DNA from: Carcharhinus amblyrhynchos
Taxonomy: Eukaryota
Length of the DNA stretch: 64,000 nucleotides
Assembly: GCA_965287045.1 (NCBI GenBank)
Contig: OZ336896.1
Location: 38,316,001-38,380,000, forward strand
Direction of reading: 5' to 3'
The number at the start of each line of letters is the position of its first letter. Position 1 is the stretch's first letter. Below the pieces are notes generated by a model. That model was not told where the DNA came from. It saw nothing but the letters and a program-made list of their open reading frames with translations, and did no database searches. This document shows positions 1-11,377 of the stretch, in pieces. The position numbers were made by a program, and so were the translations under genes.

Positions 1-1676
1 TTCTGTTAATACAGATTTTTTTATACTGCATTGGCGTCTGTGCCTGAATTTGACAGATATAAAATATTCCACTCTCGGGAAACAGACAACTTACATTACC
101 ATTGCTTTTCTAAAAAAAACACTAGTTTAACTCAATTGCTGTTGCAAAACATGTTTGCACAGGAGATTTGATCTTAGTTGAAAACCTTAGGGGTGTATAA
201 AGTCAGATTTAATGCTTATGTATAAATGACGAAACGATTGGCCTCTTGGTGCGCAGCTCGGCACAACTGTACTGTAAGCGTGAGATTCCTTTCCTTGAGA
301 CACAACATCCACATACTCATTTGTAAAATGATCTACTCGTTTATTTGTTTGATTATTTATTTATGCGTCCAATTCTCTAACTCGCTGGAGCAAATTTGAG
401 TACAAGACTAAGTAAGTGTATTGAAGTATGTGAGACATTAAGAACAAATATAGGACTCAAGATCTTCCATTAAAAAATAGACAAAAAGAGGAAAGACTCC
501 GGAACATAAAATCGAAGCTGTAGGAAGATATGTTGTCATTTCCAATTATTGAGAAACACAAGATGACAACAAGTTTGAGGAGCTCGAAGTGGAAAAATAG
601 ATCAAATGTAACTGCTGTTTTTAGAGCTAATTTTAAAGCTAAAAAGGATCAAAATAACTCTGCGGATGAAGGGAAACGTGGCTATTTCTGAACCCCTTCC
701 CTTTTAATCCAACAGAGGACCAAGAGGTGAAGTTAGAACAAAAGTTAGTCATTTGTTGCAGGGTACAAGCTACTTAAGCTGTATATTGTCATACAGTATT
801 GTATGAATGCTCAGGGATTGGAAACTGCAGATTCTACACCCTTGGACTATCATAATGTGAAAAATAGTCCCATTTGCAAATAAAGCAAGCATAAACTTTT
901 AATGTCCTGTTGGTGCCTGTGTGTCAAATATATATACTTGACTTCACCTTAAGTTAACTTCTACTTCTATATTCCAGAAGGGATGTTGTAAATGCTACTT
1001 AATTTAATGTCATAATTAAAACCATAAGTTAGCATGTAACTGTTCTAATATGTTTATATGTATTTGTTTATCTGTCGCATTACTGTAAATGTGGATATTT
1101 CTGGAAGTGTAGTCAATATTTATTCTTCCTGAACACTAATATATTGTTTCTACAGGTACATTTCTAACTTCAACCTTCCCCTTATTTCCACTGAACCCTT
1201 ACTTCAGTCATGGGTTCCCATGTTACCGACTTGGAAAAAGCACAGAGCTCCTCTAGCGTCCCTACTGTCGCCATACTGTCTGAAAAAAACTGCAAATAAT
1301 AACCTTGTTCTGTTTTACTTTGTCATGGAACATGGCAACCACGTTCTTTAATTTGGACTGGTGAGCCTGCATTTGTGGACCAGGACATGATTCTGTCTAA
1401 TTTGGTTATCATAGCTGAATTAACAATCTTGTATTTGTCACAATGACCGGGTGTTTCAGAGTCTCACAAATACGTCAATTTTCTTCTCATTTCTAAACCC
1501 TCGTGATGTAGGCGGAGCCTACGGGGGGCTGCCATGAATTTAATTGGCTGGCTGGGAGGAAGTTGAACGCAGCCGGCATCTGAGGAGTCCAAGTGAAATG
1601 TCAGTTTGATAAAGACCTTTTTTTTCCTTCCCCCCCCCCCCACCCCCAACCCCCCTCAGCAAATTAAGCTGCAGCT

Positions 1677-2400
1677 ATGTCATGTTCGGAGAATTCAGCT
1701 CCCAGCTCCTTTTCAGTGAAGTCTTTAATTTGCTCCAGAAGGGCTGAACCTTATTGTCCTGGGGGTTATTTGTCCTCCAGGGCGAACCAGGGCTACGGGG
1801 TACAGAATTGGCAAGTTGGCCAATCACCTCATAAACAAGGGGAGATGAACAGCCAGCAAGGTATAGCTTTGGTTCCACATCAGTACGTGCCAGGCATGGC
1901 AGGGTGGGTAAACCAGTCACCATCCATCCACACAGGCCGACTTCAGCAGATAAACTCTTATTCCTTCACGTCCAGTGTGAAGGAAGAAGCCAACTATTGT
2001 TTATTAGACGGGGGTAAGCACTCGAAGACGCACCCTGAGGTCTCAGTCTTTCCAAGGGTGATTTCTGAAAGCTGCACAAGTGACAGTGGCAGCGTTCCCA
2101 TACCCAGCTATTTCCGTTCAGAACCGAGCTATTCATCAAACAAACCGACGGATTACAACCCGCCACCGCCAGTCACAACTCCGTGCTCGATACAATCCAG
2201 CATTTCCTTCACTTCTTCTTTCGCCACGTCGTCCTCCTCAAAACCAGGTGAAAAAGAATCAAAAATGAGCACCGCCAAAGATCTGGGCCGCGGAGACCCG
2301 GGAAAGAACGCAGGGGGAAGAGAAAGTACATTCGTACAAGACACAGCCTCTTTCCAGTTTCGTGGTTCCGACAAAATCCTCCCCGAGAAGGAAATGAAAG
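1677..2400 (+). CDS. hoxb10: HoxB10 exon 1 (PG10 homeobox protein, ~331 aa spliced)
   Basis: ORF starts MSCSENSAPSSFSVKSLI (Hox10-type N-terminus) and has Hox10 motifs VKEEANYCL and VPIPSYFR; donor AAG|GTGGGT at 2400/2401, phase 1, in frame with exon 2. Confidence 0.88.
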
Positions 2401-5400
2401 GTGGGTAAAACCATGAACGAAAGGAAGAGAAACATTTACAGGGCAGTCGGAAAAGGAGCATATACCGCAATTTCATCCGCAGCAAGGTGACTTTATTTAG
2501 GTCATAAAGGAGCCTTTTTGTCCCCAGCACAATGATCCCTCAGTACAAATTAATACCTTGAGTAGTTTATAGGACTGGCCCCTTACGGCAGAGTAAATTA
2601 CGTTTAAGTGCCCTTTTAAAGATCAAAACAGCGGACTGTTCCTCTCCTGAAGGCCACTCCTTAGTTGCAGTGGAAATCGCTGCAAAAGTCCCCAGTACAA
2701 ACAACTCACCTAGGCTAAAACAATGAGCATTATCAAAAGCACGACATGCTTAAGAAGAATACTGCAGTTAGATCAAGTACAAAGGTTGCATTACAAAGGT
2801 AAAACATTATGTAAATGCAGGTATATACTTATATAGCTAAATGATTTTATGAACATAAATAATTATATGCACAGGTAAATGTTCACAACATGCATATGTA
2901 TCATAATATAATTCCGTTAAATGCGTCTATCTATATGGCTGCAGATGTATATAATGCACGTATACACAGAGGTGAACTGATTGAACTGATCGGATAATTA
3001 ATAATCTACCCGTTCGTATAGTTACCTCAGCATATGCAGCAATGTGTGTATATATGTGTGTAACATTGCTGGGATTGTTAGTTGGTGTAGGCATTTATAA
3101 AAACGTACACATGTACTGATGAATATTATTTTAAACGAATACACAAACAAATATTCGAGTTTAGAGTTTTGATGCAAACACTGCATTGGCAACCAGCGAT
3201 GTTTAAAATAAATAATTGTGAGTGTTGATATATTGAATTTGAGTCTGACAGTTGCCAAGCAAGTATCCGAGCGACAGATTCGTGTATAAAAACAATCTAC
3301 AAATGGAATTCTAAATTCTAAATTCCGAATGTAAATAAAATGAGCTAGGTGGCCCTGCGTGATGTCTACTTCAGCCCTATTTGTTACCATGGAGCTAGAT
3401 TATGGCGCCTAAGAGAAATTACATCACACAGGGCTGCAGAGGTATTGCGGTAATATATGGGAACTTGCTGCTCAGTAAGTTAGAAATAAAAGAACCACAG
3501 GGGCAAACAAATTGAACGGACATGCTAATTTGTAATCCAAGGCACTCTAAATACTATTCTCTGGCAGGTATCTATGATTCCAATGGCTCTGATCTGATTC
3601 TAACACATGAGAAATGAAATGAGTATCAAAATAGTAATTGGCTGATTCTTTCTGAGGTAATCAATAAGACACATTTCTGCATCTTCAGAGGAAACTTTTC
3701 AGAAGAAGTAACTATAATCTCTAACCCTTCCACCTCCCAACGCTGAAACACTCCGCAGAAAAAAATGTGGATAAACACCAGGATGTAATAACTGGGAGGA
3801 AGTTATAATTAACGTGGGTCTACCATAACGGATTTCCTTCACCTCCTCTCAGACACATTAAATAATGAAACATTGCAAAGCAACGACTCTTCAGTTACGA
3901 AAAAGTCGGCAAACTCTTTGTAAAAACTTTGCAATCCCTAACAGTTCAAGTGGCTGGTTCCCGCTTTGTGTCTGTTTTGTATATTGTTGAGATCTAAACA
4001 TAAATGGTGAACTGAAAGGGGCTCTTTTTAGCAAACATTGGTTTTATTGAGTGTTTACCCACACAATCAAATGACACAAACGAGGAAACTGTGCTAAGCA
4101 TCAAGTAACAATGGGGTATACAAATGCGTTTATTGTTATGCAAATGTGAGACATGTTAAGCACACGTTAAACTTAGAATTTGAGTCAAAGTATTGTAAAT
4201 AGTCATAGGTGCCCCCTTGGCCCAGTGAATACCCATAGAGCACCTCCGAAGTTAAATTATCTCCCAATTAAGGGGAGAGAATCCTGTATTTCATTCTTGT
4301 CACGTCTTGAACTGTGCATGGGCGCAATGGTGCATTCATTGAACTAGACGAAATCAGCAGTGAGCACTCAAACCATAGACTGGGTGATTCTGAATTGGGA
4401 AAGTTTTGTTCAACCTAACAACTAGACTTGATTGGGGACTGTTACAATTTACTGATATATTTTTTCTGCAGCTGTGGGGATCTCCTGATTTCTTTTCATC
4501 AGTTAGTTGATCTCAAAGAAAACATTCAGTCCTCGTTGACTTTTATTTCTTGTGTGGTGCAATATAATTGGGCAATTCCGATTTATTTAATTTTTTGCAA
4601 CATATAATCCCTGTATTTTGTCTATTGCACCAGCTTAGCTGGTGTACCTAGTTTCAGGTTATTTGACTTTCATGGAATTTCCATTCTTAATAGATGTCAA
4701 AAACCTCTTAAGAGAAAACTACACGCTATTACAACAACGCTGCCGCCATCTTTGCTGCATTGAAGTAACGTCAGCTTCACACAAAGAACTAATGACGTGA
4801 CAAAGTAGCTAATAAAGATGGAGGCCTTATATTGACTTGAAATTTTAACTCTTTTTAAAATTGAACTTGTACGTAACAAAGTGAAAGTTAAACGGAGAAG
4901 CTTATTGTCATTCACAGTGCTTGGTTAATTTCCACACAGTTTCTAATAATAATTAACCTGCTGTTATAAAATAATAAGGACGGTTATTTCATAAACCCGA
5001 TAGCAGGATTCAGCCACACAATTTGCTGTATAATAAAGCTTTATAGCAAGCTACTAACATACTTTCATGAGTGAATAATTAGCTGTTTGCTTATAGCATA
5101 ATATAAATTTGCATTGTAATATTTAACTGAACTCCGGGCTCTGTAGAGCCGTATTTCTTTCCAAGCCCTTGCTGTTCCGGTCACTTTAATCTTGTTGAAT
5201 CATTATCCACATTTTAAATGCGTTCAGGTCTATTCACAGAATACAGCTTCTATCTTCATCTCGGGAGCCACCCCAACAGGATACAGCATTTAAACAGAAA
5301 ATGTAGCACGTGATGTAACTTTCACCCATAGCACAAGAAACAACAAATTGACATGCAACATCTAGAAAAGAAAACTATTTGGAGAAGTCTAACGTGATTT

Positions 5401-5672
5401 CACACTGATTATCATATAGTTCTTTGCATTTTGGACCTTTCAGAACATTTGGTAGGCGCAGTTCAAAAGGGGAAAAAAATCGTCTGTTAATGCATATAAA
5501 TGGATTCCTTCTGGATGGTCAAAGCAGGCACCAGCAACTTTCCTAATGTGAGCCCGGTTGTTAAAATTTGCGAATTGTTAAATACAAGCTTCTGGTAGTA
5601 AATAATGTTTAAGAAAAGGAAGGTCATGTGCAAATGAGTTTAATACTGGGGAATTACGATTGGATGCGGAGT

Positions 5673-5752
5673 ATAAGAACATACGAACATAAGAAATAGG
5701 AGCAGGAGTAGGCCATCTAGCCCTTCGAGCCTGCCCCGCCATTCAATAAGAT
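5673..5752 (-). mobile_element. 3' tail fragment of a cartilaginous-fish CR1-type LINE/SINE
   Basis: Octamer tail ATAAGAAC-ATACGAAC-ATAAGAAA followed by TAGGAGCAGGAGTAGGCCATCTAGCCCTTCGAGCCTGCCCCGCCATTCAATAAGAT, recognised from memory as the reverse complement of a common shark/ray/chimaera retroposon 3' end. Confidence 0.75.
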
Positions 5753-5855
5753 ATAAAATACTACCCTGAGGCCTAAGCAAGAGTCTGGCCAATCAATATT
5801 CATGTGTGGGTCAAAAGCAATATACAGTGAATGATGAAAATCTCAAAGAAAAACT

Positions 5856-6008
5856 GAAAATGCTGAAAATACACAGCAGGCTTTGTAGCATCTATGGAGG
5901 GAGCGAGAACGAGTTATGATTTCAGGTCATTCTGATGCATGGTCACGACCTGAAATGTTCTCCCTCCACTGATGCTGCCAGACCTATTGAGTTGTTTGCA
6001 GCTTTTTC
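5856..6008. mobile_element. Decayed palindromic interspersed repeat (Penelope-derived/MITE-like, elasmobranch type)
   Basis: Left arm 5856-5928 is an imperfect reverse complement of right arm 5947-6008 (ATTTCAGGTC/GACCTGAAAT, AGCATC..TGGAGGGAG/CTCCCTCCA..GATGCT); centre CTGATGCATGGTCACGACCTGAAA. Confidence 0.7.
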
Positions 6009-7593
6009 TACATATATTTCATTTATAACATCTTTGAACTGAAATTCAGATTTTTTTCTTGTATTTCTCCTTTGAAGCTGAATGAAATTTGGCTGGTAAG
6101 GAACTATCCCCTGCATCACATCCGCTGCTTTTTGCATGAGCCGAAAATTTAACCCATATCGATCCCTTCTTTAGGAGATTATTAGTTTGGCAAGTTTATG
6201 CATCTAGTAACTGAACGGATAAACCATTTCCTGTGTCCCATTGTTTTAAACCCTTTCAACAAAGTCAAAAGCGTGTCTGCTGTGTGGGCGTAACATGTTT
6301 TCTGATCCTGAAAACTATCTATTTAATGGTTTATCGCCTTTATGTCCACTCATATTTTAAGTATAGCATTTCATTAAAACACACTGTCGTTTTCTAGAAG
6401 CTCAAATAGCTTGTGCTTTATCAATGCAAACTCTAAAGATGTTGATAAACGTAGATTTGTATTTACAATTTGGAAACATTGAGCTTTTTCTTAATATTGG
6501 ATTAGCTCATACAATTTCAATTCAAATACAACAATATTCGTGGCATCGACAATATCTGTCTTTTATACAGTAAGGTTATCCCAGAGATCATGTTACATTT
6601 AAAAACTAAAACTGCGAATTAATCTAAAAGATTATGTAGAAACAGTTCAACATAAAACATTTCATCACAAAACTTGTGAATGGCGTATTACATCATTAAA
6701 AATGTCAACTTTTGCATTAAAATTAATCAAAGGGATGTAAGATTTTCGGCAAATAATGCAAAATTAAAAGCTTGGAGAAACTTCATCTGACTTTCTGTTG
6801 AAAACATCTGTCCCTATGTTTGTGCTTTCCCGTCGCCTTTCCGAGAATGATCTCTTCCCCTCACTTACACAAGCCATAATCAAGTGAAAATCCAGCTTAA
6901 AGGCGAAATTGTAAGGTCTAAAGGCTATTTTGCAATGCAACCGTTCTGTTCTAAGACAAGCGTTAATAAGGTCGCCTGGTTTAAACATTAGTTCAGGAAA
7001 GTTAATAGGCGTTTAAATGCTCTGAGATAACCCAGAAATTAAATTTGTCTATTTTCAAAAATTGGTATTATTAATTGGAACTTGAGACGTATGGTCTGCC
7101 ATGGTCAAGCTAATATTTAGCTGTATTTTCAACTCAACAATATGTTCGCAATTAATTTTTGGGACTTTTTTTGTAAGGGAAAGGAGTGCTATGTATTGTT
7201 TGTCATGTCTTATTCCATCATTTTCCATTTCAATCTCGTTAGCAATCGAATACTAGTGCAACCTGTATTATATCAAACCTTAGGCCTTCATTGTAGCTAT
7301 TTACCCAAGTTCCCGATTCCTGTTTAAGAAAAGTTGGTGAAATTCTTATTTTGATACGATTTGAAGTTACATTAGAACAGGTAATGCTGCGGTCTGAAAC
7401 AACATGTGCTAATGAGAATCAGGATAAAATATGAACTCGTTGACTATGTGCCGACAACCTTACCCCTCCCCGCTCTCAATTGGGATACCTTTATTGCAAC
7501 CCCTGGTCTCGTTGGTGATAAAAGAAAGGGAGGAAGAACAGAATCCATTTTATTCTGCAGGTCGTTTGACAATTTGTTTTTCCCGATTGACAG

Positions 7594-7865
7594 AGAGTGC
7601 AAAGGCTGAGAATACGATAAACTGGCTGACGGCGAAGGGCGGAAGGAAGAAGCGCTGCCCGTACACCAAGCAACAGACACTGGAATTAGAAAAGGAATTC
7701 CTCTTTAACATGTATTTAACTCGAGAGCGCCGCCTGGAGATCAGCCGGAGCGTCAATCTAACCGACAGACAAGTCAAAATCTGGTTTCAAAACCGAAGAA
7801 TGAAACTAAAAAAGATGAGCAGAGAGCACAGAGTTCGAGAAATATCGGCAACGTTCCCCATCTGA
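7594..7865 (+). CDS. hoxb10: HoxB10 exon 2 (homeodomain)
   Basis: Acceptor ..ATTGACAG at 7593; encodes [66 protein letters not shown], diagnostic of PG10; stop TGA ends at 7865. Confidence 0.93.
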
Positions 7866-10571
7866 TGAAAGAATTGGTGTTTTGCAAAATCAAACATATA
7901 CGAGACGGTGGACGAAATAAAGCGTCTCGTCGAAGTGGTTGCTGTGTTACAACAATATTAATGGGGTTGGGGGAGGGGGAGAGGTTGCAAGTTCAGAAGT
8001 CTAGTCGCTAGAACAACATTAAGCCAGCAAAGGAGAAGGGACATAGCCGGATGAAGGACTTGCAAGTTCAAAATAACTGAACATAACAAAAAGTTACTGG
8101 TTCGCTGTTGAAACGGAACAATCTGAAGACTCATTTACTGGGCAAGCTCATTAATTGCCATCAGATAATTTAATATCCTATCGCTTTACTATGAGGAAAG
8201 GAGCTGAAAGAATGTTCCACAAATGCAATAAAACCTGACTTGCTTTATCCATTTGGTCCTTTTCTTGGATTTAATCGATGTATAGTTAATACCACATTTA
8301 TGTTTTATGCTTACAAAAGTAATCATTTTAACGTCTGCCAGCCACTTCCTCTTACTGAGGGGTCACCAGAAAAATCGACACCTATTATGTATATACTACG
8401 CCATCTGCGTATGCATACTTCACGCACAAGAGTGAAGCGCTTGTTATTGTTTGAAACTAACCTCAAAATAGGCAGGCATATTGAAGCAATTAGAGGTCTA
8501 TAATTATGGGAAATCCTCGTCTACCAAAGGGTACATTTTGAATTACTACATACTCACGGATATATGCATTATGATTCATCTTAAAACAAAGCTGTTTCTT
8601 AAAGTAATGAGAAGGTATAAATGTGAAAATCCATTTCCAGAGATGGTCGGCCTATCATGAATCCTTCGTGCTTTTTAGTATGCAAGAGCTGTTATTTATA
8701 TAGGTTATTGAATGGGCATTGCAACAATAATAACAAATAATGTACAATTGTTTTCGTTGCTGTTACGTACATTCAGTAGATAAATTCACCAATTTAATAT
8801 CGAGTATTAGTTTTATTATTAAAATGTTTCGAAGGATTCCAAAATTAACTTTATTGTTCTTTATCAATACACAGACACAGCAGTACATGAAAATATCCAA
8901 ACTATGAATATTGCACGTGGGCTTCATAGCGATTATGATACTAATCTTTGCATTGTCAAGCGTATTTCATACCAAAACGTCTTAAAATGTTAACGATAAA
9001 TTATTTAGGAGTGCATTCAGTGTATTGCAGATTAACAACATATTTTACCGTTCACTCGGCTTAAAACAGCATCTCATAACTGAAGGCTTGATTTACATAA
9101 GGATTTGCAGAAGACATAAAACATCAATTGGATACAAATTAATTAACAGAGGCTTTTAAAACTAAGAAACAAAAATCAAGATAGAACACTTTTTAATGAT
9201 CTTATTACAATTGTTATGAGAAGGCAGATGCTTATACAGCTTTTGTGCCCCTTTGACTAACGTCAAATGACTGAAATATTCATGAGTTGGCCTCCACACC
9301 TGGCGCATATCCCTTGAAAAGGCATAGATTCCTGTTAGCTACTAGTTCAATTTTATTACTGAAAACTTCCATTGATCTAATTTTTAGTGGGGTGTAATTG
9401 GACACCAACCTGTTTAACAAGATTTAGTCCTAATTTCATGGTTTAATTTCTGATTCTGTTCCACACTGGAGATGTGACGTAAAGCTTCCCATCGAAATGT
9501 GAATGGAATGTGAAAAACCAATAAATTAACATGAACTCACAGTACAAATTGCAGCTTAAATACATCAGAAAACTGAAATAGATAAAATCCCTGGCAATTG
9601 CTTCGTCAGTCACTGATCTGGGGAAGATTAATAGTTGTTGATTTGAACTTCTGTTGCGTAAATGATGTGAATATACAGCAAACTGTTAAAATTCAACTTC
9701 AAACTTATTATGAGTGTCGATTATCATTCTTGCAGTGAACTACAATCTTACTGGAGATTATACACTACAATTAAAATGTGTTTGTGCTTAAGAATAATGT
9801 ATCTCTCAAATGTTCATCAAACCGACAAACTATGATACTCTGTCCTCTCAATTAGTTTGGCATATGTCTTTTTTAGGTAGAGATTTTCAGATTGACAAAT
9901 GTGTAATGGCAGATAAGATGTAATATTTATTTTTAAAACATATAAGGAAACTTGCTATACCAAAGACTTTAAGGTTCTTTCCATTACCTGATGTCTACTG
10001 CTGTGCACATTGAACTCCGCACAATTCGTTTGTAGGAGAGGGCCAGGAAAGAAACTGTTAATATTTGCGGACCATTCAGAAATAACTGTTAAAATAAATA
10101 TTTTACCTTCATGGTGTAAAGTAAGTGTTGAAAGAATTTTTTTTGAATAGCATGTCCTGTATATTTCACGACTTAAATTGATTGCATTATTTCTGGACCT
10201 GATCACAGACTAATATTAAAATGCAGACATAAAAATAACAATAAAATTGTGTTTGGCATTTCTATAATTCTTTATTTTTTAATGTCTAAAAGCCTGTTAA
10301 GTTTTGTTGTGGCCATTTGCTCTTTAGTGGCTCTTTCATCAAGTCTGGCTCGAATATATCATGGACGTTGGTTGGCTGATTGTGAACCCGTGAAATTGAC
10401 CTGAAATGGACAAGTTGATGGTTGAGAAAAAAAGGACAGGGAATTCCGATGCTTCCACCCCTAAAGAAAACCCTGCAGTTTGAAATTTATTTGGTATCCG
10501 GTGTCGGTGATTTAAATACCATCCAGACGGTTGTAACTGACTGTGGGCACTGACGATGCTCCAAGGACGAC

Positions 10572-10618
10572 CACGTCCGCTTTTGTAAAGTTTTATGGCT
10601 TATAAATATGTTTGGCAA
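10572..10618 (+). promoter_or_regulatory. Candidate promoter/enhancer module upstream of miR-196
   Basis: CACGTC..GTAAAGTTTTATGG (Cdx/posterior Hox site), then TATAAAT at 10601-10607, ~0.7 kb 5' of the miR-196 hairpin. Confidence 0.5.
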
Positions 10619-11292
10619 TTTGCTGTCATGTAGGACTTGTTGGACTTGGGCAGTTTGGCTCCGAGCGGCATTCTGCACAGCATAGCTTTGAGATCAGGAA
10701 ATGGTCGCACTTTACTTTCCTTGACAAACTCCAAGTGGAAACTCGCTAACTTGTCCAAATTTGTTTTCAAGACTTTGGAAAACATGATGAGAATGGTAGG
10801 GCATTGTTGTCACGTTAACGTCGTTTTCCCAGCGACCCTTTAAGGCCGGTTTCAGCCATATGGGCTTTGTAGAAAATTGAATGTTTGGATCTGGTGAATT
10901 TTGTTGTTGCAGCAGTCAGCCGACTGTGTTAGGAAGTGAAGTCTTTGATTCTTTAACATGGTATTGATTCAGTATAGTAACGCCAATTGTTTCAGCTTCT
11001 TACATGTCTATTTGCACGCTAAATACTACCGAAGTATGGCCAAAATGGGGTGATCTGCTCCTGCTAGAATAATTAAATAGAGATGTTTACAATGAAGAAG
11101 CCGCCTACAACTGTGCAATTTCTAAATAGTTTCCCTTCCTTTCCTTTCTTGTAAATGTGAGACCTTTTTTATTAATTAATGAATTCTTAAATAATAATGT
11201 GTAGCAAAATACATAATTCACAATGATGGTCTTCATTTTAATGACGAATTGAACTCAACTCGTTAGAACCAATCTATGGTGCAAGTGAAATG

Positions 11293-11377
11293 GAACTGTT
11301 GTGTGACTTAGGTAGTTTCATGTTGTTGGGATTCTGTTTGATCGCAGTGACAAGAAACTGCCTGAATTACTCCAGTT
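11293..11377 (+). ncRNA. mir196a: miR-196a precursor (mature 5p 11309-11330)
   Basis: Exact mature miR-196a TAGGTAGTTTCATGTTGTTGGG; complementary 3' arm CAGTGACAAGAAACTGCCTGAA; canonical position between Hox10 and Hox9. Confidence 0.97.

Noticed and set aside
1245-1261. CTCF-like motif on the minus strand (GGACGCTAGAGGAGCTC)
   Set aside because: 3' end of the core does not fit; cannot be supported without a PWM scan or ChIP.
1-1676. Remnants of HoxB11/B12
   Set aside because: No homeobox-like sequence seen; only 1.7 kb of upstream DNA is available.
1675-2530. Antisense and alternative-frame ORFs overlapping Hox exons (also at 7444-7777, 26674-27211, 41953-42468)
   Set aside because: Shadow ORFs of GC-richer coding exons; no independent support.
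7431-7593. N-terminal parts of ORF-track homeobox ORFs (also 31191-31287 and 39082-39262)
   Set aside because: Intronic pyrimidine-tract read-through upstream of the splice acceptors, not coding.
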